Positions 8,901 to 17,954 are shown, counted from the first letter of the stretch. The stretch: DNA of 24,868 nt from a virus (IMGVR_UViG_3300044618_000417:1-24868), one strand, 5' to 3'. Made by a program: numbers and translations. The notes: generated from the sequence alone by a model not told the origin.

Positions 8901-11900
8901 CGTTGCGTAGTTCCCGGGTGATCGGCGTATCGCCTAGCATCGTCTCCATAAGGTCAAGCGCACCGTCTGTCGGCATTGCTTTGAGACCCTTACGTTCTAC
9001 CCAACCCCTATCAAAGTTCTTGAGCGAGAAACCTTTGGACCAGTTTTTGGAAGTCTTGCTTTTAAGTGATGCGCCGATACCCCCAAAGAAACCACGGGAA
9101 AAAGTCTCCATATCCTGCTGGTCTGTCGTGGTGGTAGCGACCTTCTCGATGGATTCCTGTGCGGCAATAGCGGCGTCGGCTGTCTCTTGGCTTGCCTCTT
9201 GCTGCTCCGGTGTGCTGAACATCATCGACGAGCTACCCATGACAGTTCCCTCACCAGAGAGAGCTTGCTCATGAGCCATAGCAAGGATGGTGCGCACCTC
9301 GCGGTCATTGAATTTGAGGTCGAGGCCCAAATACTGGCGAGCGAAGTCCTTGATGAACTTGACCAGCTTGTCGAACCGGCTTGCCCGCAGCGGACCTTTT
9401 TCCGACGCAGAAGCGAGCACTTCCTCTACTGCGCGAGCGGTAGGGTTTTCATCCTGCTTGTATAGGTCTTGGTTCGCATTGAGCCACTTGTCAGCCAGCC
9501 CAGCTACATTCTTGTTGGTACGGTAGATATCGGTCAGGACCTTATCCAACCCGTCCCGGAACCGTGCACGTAGGCCAAGGTGCCCAAGAGCCTCATGGTA
9601 GAGCGTAGGCGCTACATCATCAACGCCGTTCATATTGTCAGCGATCAGGTACGCCTTGCCGTCCTTGTAGAAACCGAAAGCATCAGTGCGCCCAAGGTCT
9701 TCGATCTCTTTGCGGATAGCCGCAGGTAGGTCAGCAGCAGACTGCACCGTCTTAGGTTCGAGCCTCGCACCCCAGCGGCTCGTGATTTCCTCGACAGCTG
9801 CGTTAAGCTCTTCCAGCGTAATACCAGTGGCTTTGCCTTTAGCCTTCCGGAACATATACGACTCTGGCGTCAGGTCGCGCACCATGCGGTCATACTGCTG
9901 CTTGTTGATCTTGCCTTCAGCTAGGCGCTCTTTTAACTTCTCAATCGCCTCTGCCGGTGCACGCTTAGCTTGTGCAAGTTTAGCGCGGACCGCTTTGTAG
10001 ATACCCTCCTTGGCTTTTACCTGCTCTGCACGCTTGGATTTGACACGTCTAGCGAGTTGAGCTGCACGGTTTTTAAGTTCCGCTTTCTTAGCAGTCTGAG
10101 CTTCTTTATCGGTCAACTCTTCCGCCGCCGCTTCCTCGATACGCAGCTGCCGCCCCTCTTTGGTGAGCGCATCAATCTCGTTCTGGATACGGATGGTCGG
10201 GTTCCACACGCTGCGCAGTGCTCGGCGCTTGGCGAGTTCTTCGTCGGTTAGCCCGCGCCTATATATGTCCATCTCTTCTGCGGTCGGGGTGCGCAGCATA
10301 TCAATAAGTTCGGTGCGCTGGGCGTCGTTAATGAGTTTCGCCCTACGGTTGCGGTCGATCTCTTCCAGCAACCCTTGCTGTTGCTCCTGCGCAGGAGTCA
10401 GCTTACCCGCACCTGCCGGTCCTTTTGGTTCCGGTTCAGCCTCTACGGGTTTAGCTTCCTCTAGACCCCGTGCTTTACCTGCGGGCATCTGTTTGACAGG
10501 CACGCCCTCGATCACCTGCTTGGGCTGGATCGGCGTCTCGTTCAGGATGCGGTTCTTAACGCTATTAAGGTTGGGGGAGCTGAATATAGCTTTGCCACCC
10601 GGAAGCCCGTAGGAATACCGACGACGGTCCTTACTCGCATCGTAGCGTATTTCGAAACCGGGATTGTACTGGTCTACCTCAGCCTGCGCAGCCTGCACTT
10701 CAGGCGGCAGCTCGATAGCTGGAGCTGTTTCAGTAGGAGCAGCAATATCCTGTTCCAGTGTTCCAGCAGTTTCGGAAACTTCTTGCTCGGGCGCAGCTGC
10801 AGCCTCTGCGATGGGGGCAGCTTCTTCTACAACTGGTGCAGCCGGTGCAGCCGGTGCAGCGGTAGCTTGCCTTGCTTGTTCGATAAACGCGTTAACGGTA
10901 CCAATTTCGTTCCCAATGAACTCCGAAAGCGCAAGTTCACGGTCAGGGGTTATAATACCTTTAATGCCAGTAGCCGTCATAGCATCAACATATTGGCGTG
11001 CTATGCTTTCGACGAGCGGAGCAGGGGCAGGTTTTCCTTTGTACGCTATGTACTCGTCTATCTGCGCGTTCAAATCCGGCAGTGTGCTTTCTACCGGCGC
11101 AGCCTCAGGCGCAGGGGCAGGAGCAACTTCAGGCGCAGGCGCAACTTTAGGGGCCAACTGCTCAGCAATCTGGGCTTCAGGGCTGACTTGCTCGATAGGC
11201 GGGATAATCGGTTGGGGTGTTAGTGTAGGCTCGACAACTCCCTCGCCAGCCATAGGTTGTCCAGTAGGAACGCTAGTTCCTCCCACTGGTCGTCGTCCAG
11301 CATCTGCAGGTGGTCCGGCAGGTTCTGCAACGGCATCTGGTTCGCCAACACCCGAAACGTCAGGCTCACTTCCTCCAATGTCAGGTTCGCTAACAGCACT
11401 TGGTGCCTCCTCTTGTCTGCGCGCGGTTTGCTGCTGCTCGCGTTCGTAGACCGCAAGCTCGATTGCTTTGGCCGAGTCAATCCCACTAAGCAGCTGCATA
11501 TACTCGGCAGCGCGCGTACGAATTTCAGGGTCTTCAGCTTCCGGTATACCCGTAGCAGCAATGTCTGCTTCAAGTTCTTCGCGCTCACTAAGGATTTCCT
11601 CATCCGAGGTGATGGGACGTGCTCCGCCACGGTCAAACGCACCTAAAGTTCCGCCGAGAATACCACCAGCGAGACCTTCGAATGCAGCCTGCCCCGCCAC
11701 GCCAGCCATGAGGTCAGTCTCATACCCCGCGCGTTGCTGTGCTAAATTCTGTGCAAACCGTTCTTGGCCTGCCTGCGCAGCTTCAGGAAGAGCTTCAGCC
11801 CCAAACCCTGTGACCCCGCGACGGACAACCCCACGCCTGACTTGCTGCTCGACAGCTTCTTCGGCACCCTCTTCGATAACATCAGTAACCGCACGTTTAG

Positions 11901-12672
11901 CAATTATACGGCCCAACGCCTTGTCGAAACCAGTAGCACTGGCGACACCACCAAGCACACCGCCCAGCGCGATCATATCGAGGTTGTCGCCGCCATAGGC
12001 TTGCGCCTGCTCGGCCATCAGCTCTGCTTCTTTTTCCGGTACGCCAGCTTCACGGGCGCGGGCGTATACAGCGTCACTGACACTGCCTTTTACGGTACCA
12101 ACACCTGAAGCGATACCAAGCCCCGCAGCGGCAGGAAGACCAGCACCAGACGCAGCGGCAGCGACAAACGGAATTGCGCCCCCTGCAACTTCCGCCAGAG
12201 TATCAATCGGATTGATGGTAAACGCACGGGCTGCAGCCTTAACTTCCTCCCATATGCCTTTACCCTCAGCTTCCCGCTGGATAGCCGCTGCGGTCTTGGC
12301 GTCTTCACGCGACTGCGCAGAAGTCAGGCTTTCTGCATATTGAGATACATCTTCGAGGAAGTCAGACGCCGCATTATCGGCACCAAACAGATCGGTAAAA
12401 GACTTACCTGTATTAGCCAACCCAGAGACAACATTGAGCGGGACATCCGCTGCACCCGCAAGCAAACCCCCAACAACGGGGATTCCCTCAAGGAAGTTCT
12501 CTTCATTCTTGCGCCAGCTTTCCGGGTTCGCTGGGTCGCCTCCGAGAAACTCATACCCATTCTGAAACGTCCCCTTTTTCGGGGGAAGCTTACTCCAGCT
12601 GCTAGGGGACGCAGGGTCGCCGCCCGTATAGCGGTACCCGTCTTTAACTGTACCGACTGTAGGGTTCGCCAT
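5983..12672 (-). CDS. Large polyvalent internal virion / DNA-ejection protein (2229 aa)
   Basis: RBS AAAGGA. Two N-terminal GY-x3-GGDP-x6-W repeats, Gly/Ala hydrophobic helices, an Ala/Pro/Glu linker, a zincin-like HEALGH...EEVLA motif, a YFPKRRYGDY (PLxRFG-like) motif and a helical C-terminal region. Last gene of the structural arm, like T7 gp16/P22 gp16. Confidence 0.8.
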   Translation of the reverse strand: MANPTVGTVKDGYRYTGGDPASPSSWSKLPPKKGTFQNGYEFLGGDPANPESWRKNEENFLEGIPVVGGLLAGAADVPLNVVSGLANTGKSFTDLFGADNAASDFLEDVSQYAESLTSAQSREDAKTAAAIQREAEGKGIWEEVKAAARAFTINPIDTLAEVAGGAIPFVAAAASGAGLPAAAGLGIASGVGTVKGSVSDAVYARAREAGVPEKEAELMAEQAQAYGGDNLDMIALGGVLGGVASATGFDKALGRIIAKRAVTDVIEEGAEEAVEQQVRRGVVRRGVTGFGAEALPEAAQAGQERFAQNLAQQRAGYETDLMAGVAGQAAFEGLAGGILGGTLGAFDRGGARPITSDEEILSEREELEADIAATGIPEAEDPEIRTRAAEYMQLLSGIDSAKAIELAVYEREQQQTARRQEEAPSAVSEPDIGGSEPDVSGVGEPDAVAEPAGPPADAGRRPVGGTSVPTGQPMAGEGVVEPTLTPQPIIPPIEQVSPEAQIAEQLAPKVAPAPEVAPAPAPEAAPVESTLPDLNAQIDEYIAYKGKPAPAPLVESIARQYVDAMTATGIKGIITPDRELALSEFIGNEIGTVNAFIEQARQATAAPAAPAAPVVEEAAPIAEAAAAPEQEVSETAGTLEQDIAAPTETAPAIELPPEVQAAQAEVDQYNPGFEIRYDASKDRRRYSYGLPGGKAIFSSPNLNSVKNRILNETPIQPKQVIEGVPVKQMPAGKARGLEEAKPVEAEPEPKGPAGAGKLTPAQEQQQGLLEEIDRNRRAKLINDAQRTELIDMLRTPTAEEMDIYRRGLTDEELAKRRALRSVWNPTIRIQNEIDALTKEGRQLRIEEAAAEELTDKEAQTAKKAELKNRAAQLARRVKSKRAEQVKAKEGIYKAVRAKLAQAKRAPAEAIEKLKERLAEGKINKQQYDRMVRDLTPESYMFRKAKGKATGITLEELNAAVEEITSRWGARLEPKTVQSAADLPAAIRKEIEDLGRTDAFGFYKDGKAYLIADNMNGVDDVAPTLYHEALGHLGLRARFRDGLDKVLTDIYRTNKNVAGLADKWLNANQDLYKQDENPTARAVEEVLASASEKGPLRASRFDKLVKFIKDFARQYLGLDLKFNDREVRTILAMAHEQALSGEGTVMGSSSMMFSTPEQQEASQETADAAIAAQESIEKVATTTTDQQDMETFSRGFFGGIGASLKSKTSKNWSKGFSLKNFDRGWVERKGLKAMPTDGALDLMETMLGDTPITRELRNAIDIADRMNGSRATTRRTLNKMVGDLKEYLLSNADPIVVGGKKLKALPVAMDHGNYYNIDMVKLMEVTSRENAFKSDQIWRRYNKLLQNPSLDAKTKKDYEDKRKQREADIDGAMRILSKLGKEGRKLYTRIRNMNRDMQTARQFFMDKRIEALRDAGVAEDVISQLMVSIRAEQERLNDKVNAPAKEDAHKDYPEVPLGLFHREYFPKRRYGDYWLRIKSTKFGEPILKFYETADERDADLEAAAEEFGLDINNNKDVDYGNDAQKDLGADFDAGDALVKTLKMISDLNPDTFTEGKKTRLRADIYQLYLQSTPEGSGRKQFIKSKNRLGWSSDILRTVGVTAEEYATDAARLQFAPDIDRAISAATSAMESLEPNQRVIAREFINSIQERINGEMEPAPDGFVNKIVPWMNQLAYIAFLTAPATALVQVTALPIRVAPNLWGKYGMAATTRAMGRYMNVFSNLPKRESKSKGARKTFRIPTLLESNIVKNSKRHRDALVRATDEYGLIIPLSEFTMGQERTPQTATEGRISEVRQKAYDAMTYLFDTSEQLTREVAFMAAYDLEYDKLGSAGLSPEERQTKAIIAAKDTVNYTLGNYTNLNRPPIMKGSELARALFLFKQYSVITTRFFVQSTRAIFGKDTPRAERVAAMKEMTGVLGMSFMMGGVVALPLYSLGMMTLQALQDMTDDDEDRRERMRQNPITADSVEMQFRYEWLPEHFGQPMVTDDKGKKITLGDIILNGAVSEATGWNFGSRVSLDLVGMWFRAPKDADTWTQTINNALVENIPGASASLNVVTMGEEIAKGNVLKGLELGLPAMLKAPLKAYRLETEGVRTQTEKIKLANEEMSNAEIIGAMLGFNPTQVAKVQQENRDILNRKNELQDEKSDLLGAYKRAVRRFQNGDADGREEAQKALKDIMDYNKKVGNPYFGITYANVYKSLTGAASEAKYDIQGMGLNEVESYYADKTIGRD

Positions 12673-12686
12673 GTGTTATTCCTTTG

Positions 12687-14270
12687 TCACTGGTACTGCG
12701 TCCACGGACCGGCGGGGGCTGCTCCCTCTCCCTCTAAACCGAGAAGCGGAGAGCTGCCTTTACCGTTAAGCTTCAACCATTCCTTAGCAGCTTCTTTAAG
12801 GGCTTTGTCCCCACTCATAAACATCTGAAACACCGAAGTGTTGACATCAGCACCTTTGCTTCGGAGCGCGGCGACTTCTGCGCTGAGTTTCTGTCTGGCC
12901 AAAGCCATCTCTTGCGCGGAGACATCCTGACGGAACTTAAGTTCTTTCTCTTGGAATGCCAATGCCCGTTCTGCAGCGTCTGTGGCCATGCCGGATTTGT
13001 AGACATCTATGCCAAGCTCGACGCCAGCCATAGCGGTCTTGCGGTCCACATCTTCGAGCGCCATGAGGGTGCGTACAGCTTCGTTCTTAGCAGCTTTGCG
13101 CTCTTTCTTAGAATCCCCATACACGCCCATTGCGGCTTTAGCGGCCTTCCCGATAGACCCGATAATCCCTTCGCCCTTATAGTCTTCGGGAGACATTAGG
13201 TCGAAGCCAAGGGTAGCTAGCGCTTGAGCCGTGTCATACTTGGCCTGCTTTTCGATATTGGCAGGATCAAGCTCTTCAAGCGCAACTGCTTTGGCGCGCT
13301 CAAGTGCTTCACGAGGGAGACCCGCAAACATTTTCTGGCCAAACGCAATGGAGTCCTCGGCAGACATGCTACGTCCTGCAGCAGTCGTTGTGTCAGCTTC
13401 GCGGGGCATAGGAGCACCCTCCAGCCCAAGACGCCCTAGGATATCACTGCTATACTTCTGGGTTTTCGGTCCCCAGCCCTTACGGTCTGGCCCTGCAAAA
13501 TAGTAAGCAGCGGACTTGCTTGGGTCGCCTTTGCCGTAGCTCCATGCTTCCCGTACCGCTTCGCGGGTAAGCGCATCTTGATACTCTCGTGCCGCCTCGT
13601 CATCACCCGCCATCAGGTCAGGACGATATTCACGCTTGAGGCGCTTAGCGATAGCCCTAGCCGTGTCCGGCATAATCTGCCCGATACCCATTGCACCAGA
13701 GCCTTCGGCATTAGGGATACCGTAGCGGCCACCAGACTCTTGCTGGATGATAGCGCGATAGAAGTCGTCAAACCCAGTGCCTCCGCCTCTTGCAAAGGCG
13801 ACCAACCCACCACCGGCAAAGCTACCATTGCTAGGTTCGTCAAACATATCGTCAGGCACAGACAGAGAAGCGACGCCGCCCATAGCCATACCGGGCATGG
13901 GCATCTCAGGTGCAGGCATAGCTGCGGCTTCTGGCGTAGCGCCAAGTCCGGCGGGAGCGGGAGGAGCTTCCCCTCCACGTAGCACAGGAATAGAATCCCC
14001 AAAGGCTGCTAGCAGATTAGCATCAAGTTGAGATGTTGGAGTCTGTTGGTACTGCGATGGGCGGCCCATGACCTGCTGGGCTACAGTCTGCTGAGGGATA
14101 GCTTCCGCCTGTGCTGCACCACGCATGCGGTCAATAAACATACCAGCCAACGTGCCAGCAGTCGGGTCAATAACGCCCATCTGCATAGCCTCAGCGATCT
14201 TCTGCTTGTTGCCGCCATAGTCCTTAGCAATCTGCTCAGGGGACTGAAGACTAAAGGGTTTGGTTTCCAT
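12687..14270 (-). CDS. Internal virion protein with an SLT-type lytic transglycosylase domain
   Basis: AIIQQESGG (catalytic Glu), GAMGIGQIMPDTA and AAYYFAGP match SLT motifs I-III; coiled-coil C-terminus; located in the ejection-protein cluster. Confidence 0.85.
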   Translation of the reverse strand: METKPFSLQSPEQIAKDYGGNKQKIAEAMQMGVIDPTAGTLAGMFIDRMRGAAQAEAIPQQTVAQQVMGRPSQYQQTPTSQLDANLLAAFGDSIPVLRGGEAPPAPAGLGATPEAAAMPAPEMPMPGMAMGGVASLSVPDDMFDEPSNGSFAGGGLVAFARGGGTGFDDFYRAIIQQESGGRYGIPNAEGSGAMGIGQIMPDTARAIAKRLKREYRPDLMAGDDEAAREYQDALTREAVREAWSYGKGDPSKSAAYYFAGPDRKGWGPKTQKYSSDILGRLGLEGAPMPREADTTTAAGRSMSAEDSIAFGQKMFAGLPREALERAKAVALEELDPANIEKQAKYDTAQALATLGFDLMSPEDYKGEGIIGSIGKAAKAAMGVYGDSKKERKAAKNEAVRTLMALEDVDRKTAMAGVELGIDVYKSGMATDAAERALAFQEKELKFRQDVSAQEMALARQKLSAEVAALRSKGADVNTSVFQMFMSGDKALKEAAKEWLKLNGKGSSPLLGLEGEGAAPAGPWTQYQ

Positions 14271-14276
14271 CGGCTA

Positions 14277-15992
14277 TTAGCCCCCTCTGAGCATATTATA
14301 AACACCAGCTGCGCCGAGACCAGCACCCAGAAGCTGCTGCCCGATACCCGGCGTCGGTGCGTAGGTTGAAGTCGTAGAAGACGGAGCGACAGGTACACCG
14401 CGCAACAAGCTGCTATACTGCTGGAGCATCTCAAGCGGGTAGTCGCGCTGGCGCAGGAAGTCCTGATACGCCATATCAAGATACTGCTGTTGCAATGCCT
14501 GCTGCTGTGCAGCCGTCTGGGTCTGCAGACCGAAGCGCGCCTGATCTGCCTGTGACCGGGCCGAGCCGATATTAGTGAGCGTCTGACCCATCTGGCCAGC
14601 CTGAGCAAGACCCTGAAGGCCGAGGTTAGCACCAAACTGGCGCGACTGCTCTCCCATACGTTGACGTTCGAGGTCTGCCTGCTGGTTAGCCTGCAGTGCC
14701 TGCAGTCCTGTCTGAGCACCAAGCTGCTGCGTTTCAAGCGCAGCCTGCAAATTCTGCTGGCCCGTAGTGAGGCCCGCTTGCTGGTTAGCCAGTGCGGCGC
14801 GCAGCGCTTGCTCAGCGTTCATACCCTGTGTCTGCAGCTGCGCTGCTAGGTTCTGGACATTTGCCTGTGAAGCCGCATCGAGATTAGCAAGAGCCGAGCG
14901 AGAGCCGATATCTGCGCCAAGCTGCTGCACACCCAACTGAGCTGCTAGGTTCTGCTGACCCCGTGTGACGTCCACACCCTGATTAGCGAGTGCGGCCTTC
15001 ATGGCGTTGTCGGCAGACATGCCTTGTGCTTGGAACTGCATAGCCTGATTGTTGACGTTGGCCTGCTGCTCATTGGACAGATTAGCCAACGCAGCCTGTA
15101 GCCCCGTGCTGACACCCAGCTGTTGCTGCTGAAGCGCAGCCTGCAAATTCTCTCGTCCTGCGGTCATACCCGCTGTGCGGTCGCGCTCAAACTGCTGCTG
15201 CGCACTCTCATATGCAGCCTGCAGCCCACGCGCTTGGATGTCACCCATCTGCTGGCCGAGGTTACGCTCGCGCTCCATGGAAGCGAGAAGCTGGCGGCTA
15301 CCACCATAGGTGCCCTGACGGGCTGCGCCCAAGTCTTCCGCAAGCTGGCCACGCTTCGCACTATACACAGCTTCCCGCATCTGCGGTTCCAGCGCCTGCT
15401 GGATATACGGCGACATATACTGCTGCGCCTGTGCAAGACCAAAAGACTGCGGGGCGTCCATACGGAACTGCTCAAGCGGACCCTGACCGTAGGAAGTGCG
15501 CGCCGCTTCCATAGTGGGAGCTTCGACGCCGACACCTGCTACATCGCGCACGCCGCCCATCTGGAAATAATTCAGGTCAGGCTGATATCCAGTCTGAGCA
15601 GTCTGCATCTGGGGTGCGCCATACTCACCAGCCTGCACCATGTCCGGTGCCCCCATGCTATACTGCTGGAGGTTAGGCTGGCCGATCTGCTGCGCGCGGA
15701 AACGCGACGGGCCATACTGCGATGCTTGAAGCGAACCAAGACCAGCTGCTGTAGCTAGATTAGACGCAGTGCCAAACTCACCCGGGGTCTGCTGGCTTAG
15801 GATATCCTGCTGGACCTGCTGTTGCTGCGGAGTGAAACCAGCAATTCGCTCTTGGCCGTACGGAGTATAGCCCTGCGTAAACAGTGACTGCCCACGCTGC
15901 ATCATGCCTTCGAAATATGGCCGTGCATATTCCGGGAGGTTAGACTGGGTTACTTCCTGTTTGACCGGTTGACTGCTACCGCCCTTAGCCAT
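14277..15992 (-). CDS. Gln/Ala-rich putative ejection (DNA pilot-like) protein, 571 aa
   Basis: ATG 15992 follows GGAGG and overlaps the end of the upstream gene. N-terminal GGSSQPVKQEVTQSNLPEYARPY, internal YMSPY, 11-residue-periodic repeats, C-terminal Gly-rich hydrophobic helix (LLGAGLGAAGVY). Confidence 0.7.
   Translation of the reverse strand: MAKGGSSQPVKQEVTQSNLPEYARPYFEGMMQRGQSLFTQGYTPYGQERIAGFTPQQQQVQQDILSQQTPGEFGTASNLATAAGLGSLQASQYGPSRFRAQQIGQPNLQQYSMGAPDMVQAGEYGAPQMQTAQTGYQPDLNYFQMGGVRDVAGVGVEAPTMEAARTSYGQGPLEQFRMDAPQSFGLAQAQQYMSPYIQQALEPQMREAVYSAKRGQLAEDLGAARQGTYGGSRQLLASMERERNLGQQMGDIQARGLQAAYESAQQQFERDRTAGMTAGRENLQAALQQQQLGVSTGLQAALANLSNEQQANVNNQAMQFQAQGMSADNAMKAALANQGVDVTRGQQNLAAQLGVQQLGADIGSRSALANLDAASQANVQNLAAQLQTQGMNAEQALRAALANQQAGLTTGQQNLQAALETQQLGAQTGLQALQANQQADLERQRMGEQSRQFGANLGLQGLAQAGQMGQTLTNIGSARSQADQARFGLQTQTAAQQQALQQQYLDMAYQDFLRQRDYPLEMLQQYSSLLRGVPVAPSSTTSTYAPTPGIGQQLLGAGLGAAGVYNMLRGG
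14670..15149 (-). repeat. Protein-level 33/66-aa repeats with 11-residue period
   Basis: Units of 22+11 aa begin with Asn (NLQAAL.../NLSNEQ.../NQAMQF.../NQGVDV.../NLAAQL... etc.); first to last Asn spans 154 aa = 14 x 11. Confidence 0.8.
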
Positions 15993-16425
15993 TCTGACCT
16001 CCAAAACCCGTTTCCGCTACGGGCAATTCAAACACCTGCCACAGTACACGATAACCATCATCGCGGAAAGCGCGAGCAAACCCCGGCCTACCTGATGCTT
16101 CAATAACATCGCACCCACTATCTCGTGCCCAGCGCTGGAGAGTGGACAGCATCTCATCCTTCCAGCTGAACCCGTCGTCACCGGCAAGGAACACCAAGTC
16201 CAAGCACTTCTTGCGTGGATACTGCCAGAAACGGGTTATCGTAATACCAATAATATCGTCGCCGTCGAGCACAGCCCATAGATGCGCTTGGTTGCTCAGG
16301 ACGAACTCAATGATGTCCTCTGCCTCATAGCGACCAAAGGTATATTCCGAAGCATTGCTAAGATGCGGAAAGATGCGGGGCCAAAGCCCTTCAACCAGCT
16401 GTGGCGGGACGAGCGACACTTCCAT
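15985..16425 (-). CDS. GNAT-fold acetyltransferase-like virion morphogenesis protein (146 aa)
   Basis: HLWAV...IIGITIT...LVFLAG...WARDSGCDVIEASGRPGFAR pattern; position among internal virion genes parallels T7 gp13/P22 gp14; TAATG overlap with the upstream gene. Confidence 0.65.
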   Translation of the reverse strand: MEVSLVPPQLVEGLWPRIFPHLSNASEYTFGRYEAEDIIEFVLSNQAHLWAVLDGDDIIGITITRFWQYPRKKCLDLVFLAGDDGFSWKDEMLSTLQRWARDSGCDVIEASGRPGFARAFRDDGYRVLWQVFELPVAETGFGGQNG

Positions 16426-17954
16426 TATGCAAGCCCCCGCAGAAGGTTAGGCCCGTCCTCACCACGCGGCGTTTTTTTACGTGACTGCTCTGCCTTACGC
16501 ATCAAGGAGTAAAGTTTTTTAGTGCCTTTATTATGGTCACCCCCTCCGATACGTTCGACTGCATCGTAGGGAAAGTAGATTTCGCCCGAAGCTACACGGG
16601 CTTCTTGGGTACCGCCAATACGAGCAGGTATAGAGTCACTAGTGCCATCGCCCGGGCCAATAAGCGGGATACCACCCAAGGGGGCAACTGCTTCGATAGC
16701 TGCTGGGAAACTACCTTTACCTATCTCAGCGGCCTCACGGGCGGATATGATGAACCCGCCATCGTCTATATGGACTTCACCGCCCTTGTTGTAACCTCGA
16801 CCGCCCGCGTATGGGATTTCTTCGAAGGAATACATCGGCTGACCCTTCTTGGGTCTCGGATTAAACATCGACTTTACAATCGGCGTACCCGGTTTGGTTT
16901 GCGTACCCGGCTGAGCTACCTGACCTTGCGCGTTGTAGATTTCCTGCACATCGACCGGGAAGTAGTCACGCTCCTTAGACGACCCAAGGATGTCGCTGGT
17001 GTTTTCTGCAAAGACCGGCTTGCGCTCCTGCGCAGTGTATGGACCCTGATATGAGTTGTCGATCTGGCCCGAAGAGGTTTTCATACCTGATGGGGTAGCT
17101 GCAGCGTTTACGCCACTAAGGACACCTAGCCCTGCTATAGCAGGAGCAGCTTTGGAGACGATACCGGGTGCACCGGCAGGGATGCCAGCACGAGCAGCTT
17201 CCGCAAATTTACCGAAGAAGCCGGGAGCCTTAGTAGCAGCTTGCTGCGCTACATTACCAACGACTGGGTTTATCGGGCCACCAGCGAGTATTCCCGGTGT
17301 TCCTCCTACACCAGTTACGGTAGAGCTAAGGCCGCGAAGCCCAGACGAAGCCGCTGCAGGAGCAGTAGAAGCGGCAGAACCGGCGGCAGAACCAGCAGCG
17401 CCTGCGGTGGGAAGAGCCGTGCTAGCGGCCTGTGCAGCTTTGCCAATACCAAAAGAGCCAGCGTTAAGGCCAGCTGCCGAGCCGAGCGCAGCGCCGCCAT
17501 ATGCTTGGAGGCCAGCCATGAGACCTTTACCGAGACTGCCCGTGGCGATACCCGTGCCTGCACCGATGAGAGCACTTGCTGTGAGTGGATTAATCAGACC
17601 CCCAGTAAGCGGCGTGGCGATTGCACCAAGGATCGTTGGAAGCAGTTTGCCAAGCCAACCAGCTTCAGGTAGCCCGGTGCTCGGGTTGATGGTGAGCGAG
17701 CCGCCTGTGGCCATAGCCAGCCCCTGAAGGCTGTTTACCTCTGCGGGTGTCATGTGGACGAGCATGGTATCTTCGCCACGTCCCTGCGCCTGAAGCTGCT
17801 GCGCTATCGGGTTACCAAGCACGGACAGACCACCTTGCGCCGGAGGCGAGTTAGCAGTTACCGGGTTCTGCTGACCGAGCATAGGTGGGGTACCTGAAGG
17901 GGGCATCCCTGCACCAGCGGGTGTATACGGAGACTGTGCCGGTTGAAGGTTCAT
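16425..17954 (-). CDS. Putative internal virion protein (509 aa)
   Basis: RBS AGGA. N-terminal GRGEDTMLVHMTPAEV...TINPSTGLPEA motif, Gly/Ala hydrophobic segments, C-terminal GPGDGTSDSIPAR...GE motif. Confidence 0.65.
   Translation of the reverse strand: MNLQPAQSPYTPAGAGMPPSGTPPMLGQQNPVTANSPPAQGGLSVLGNPIAQQLQAQGRGEDTMLVHMTPAEVNSLQGLAMATGGSLTINPSTGLPEAGWLGKLLPTILGAIATPLTGGLINPLTASALIGAGTGIATGSLGKGLMAGLQAYGGAALGSAAGLNAGSFGIGKAAQAASTALPTAGAAGSAAGSAASTAPAAASSGLRGLSSTVTGVGGTPGILAGGPINPVVGNVAQQAATKAPGFFGKFAEAARAGIPAGAPGIVSKAAPAIAGLGVLSGVNAAATPSGMKTSSGQIDNSYQGPYTAQERKPVFAENTSDILGSSKERDYFPVDVQEIYNAQGQVAQPGTQTKPGTPIVKSMFNPRPKKGQPMYSFEEIPYAGGRGYNKGGEVHIDDGGFIISAREAAEIGKGSFPAAIEAVAPLGGIPLIGPGDGTSDSIPARIGGTQEARVASGEIYFPYDAVERIGGGDHNKGTKKLYSLMRKAEQSRKKTPRGEDGPNLLRGLA

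Noticed and set aside
10835-10860. 9-bp tandem repeat GGTGCAGCC, about three copies
   Set aside because: In-frame Ala-Pro-Ala linker coding in a low-complexity region; no sign of phase variation.
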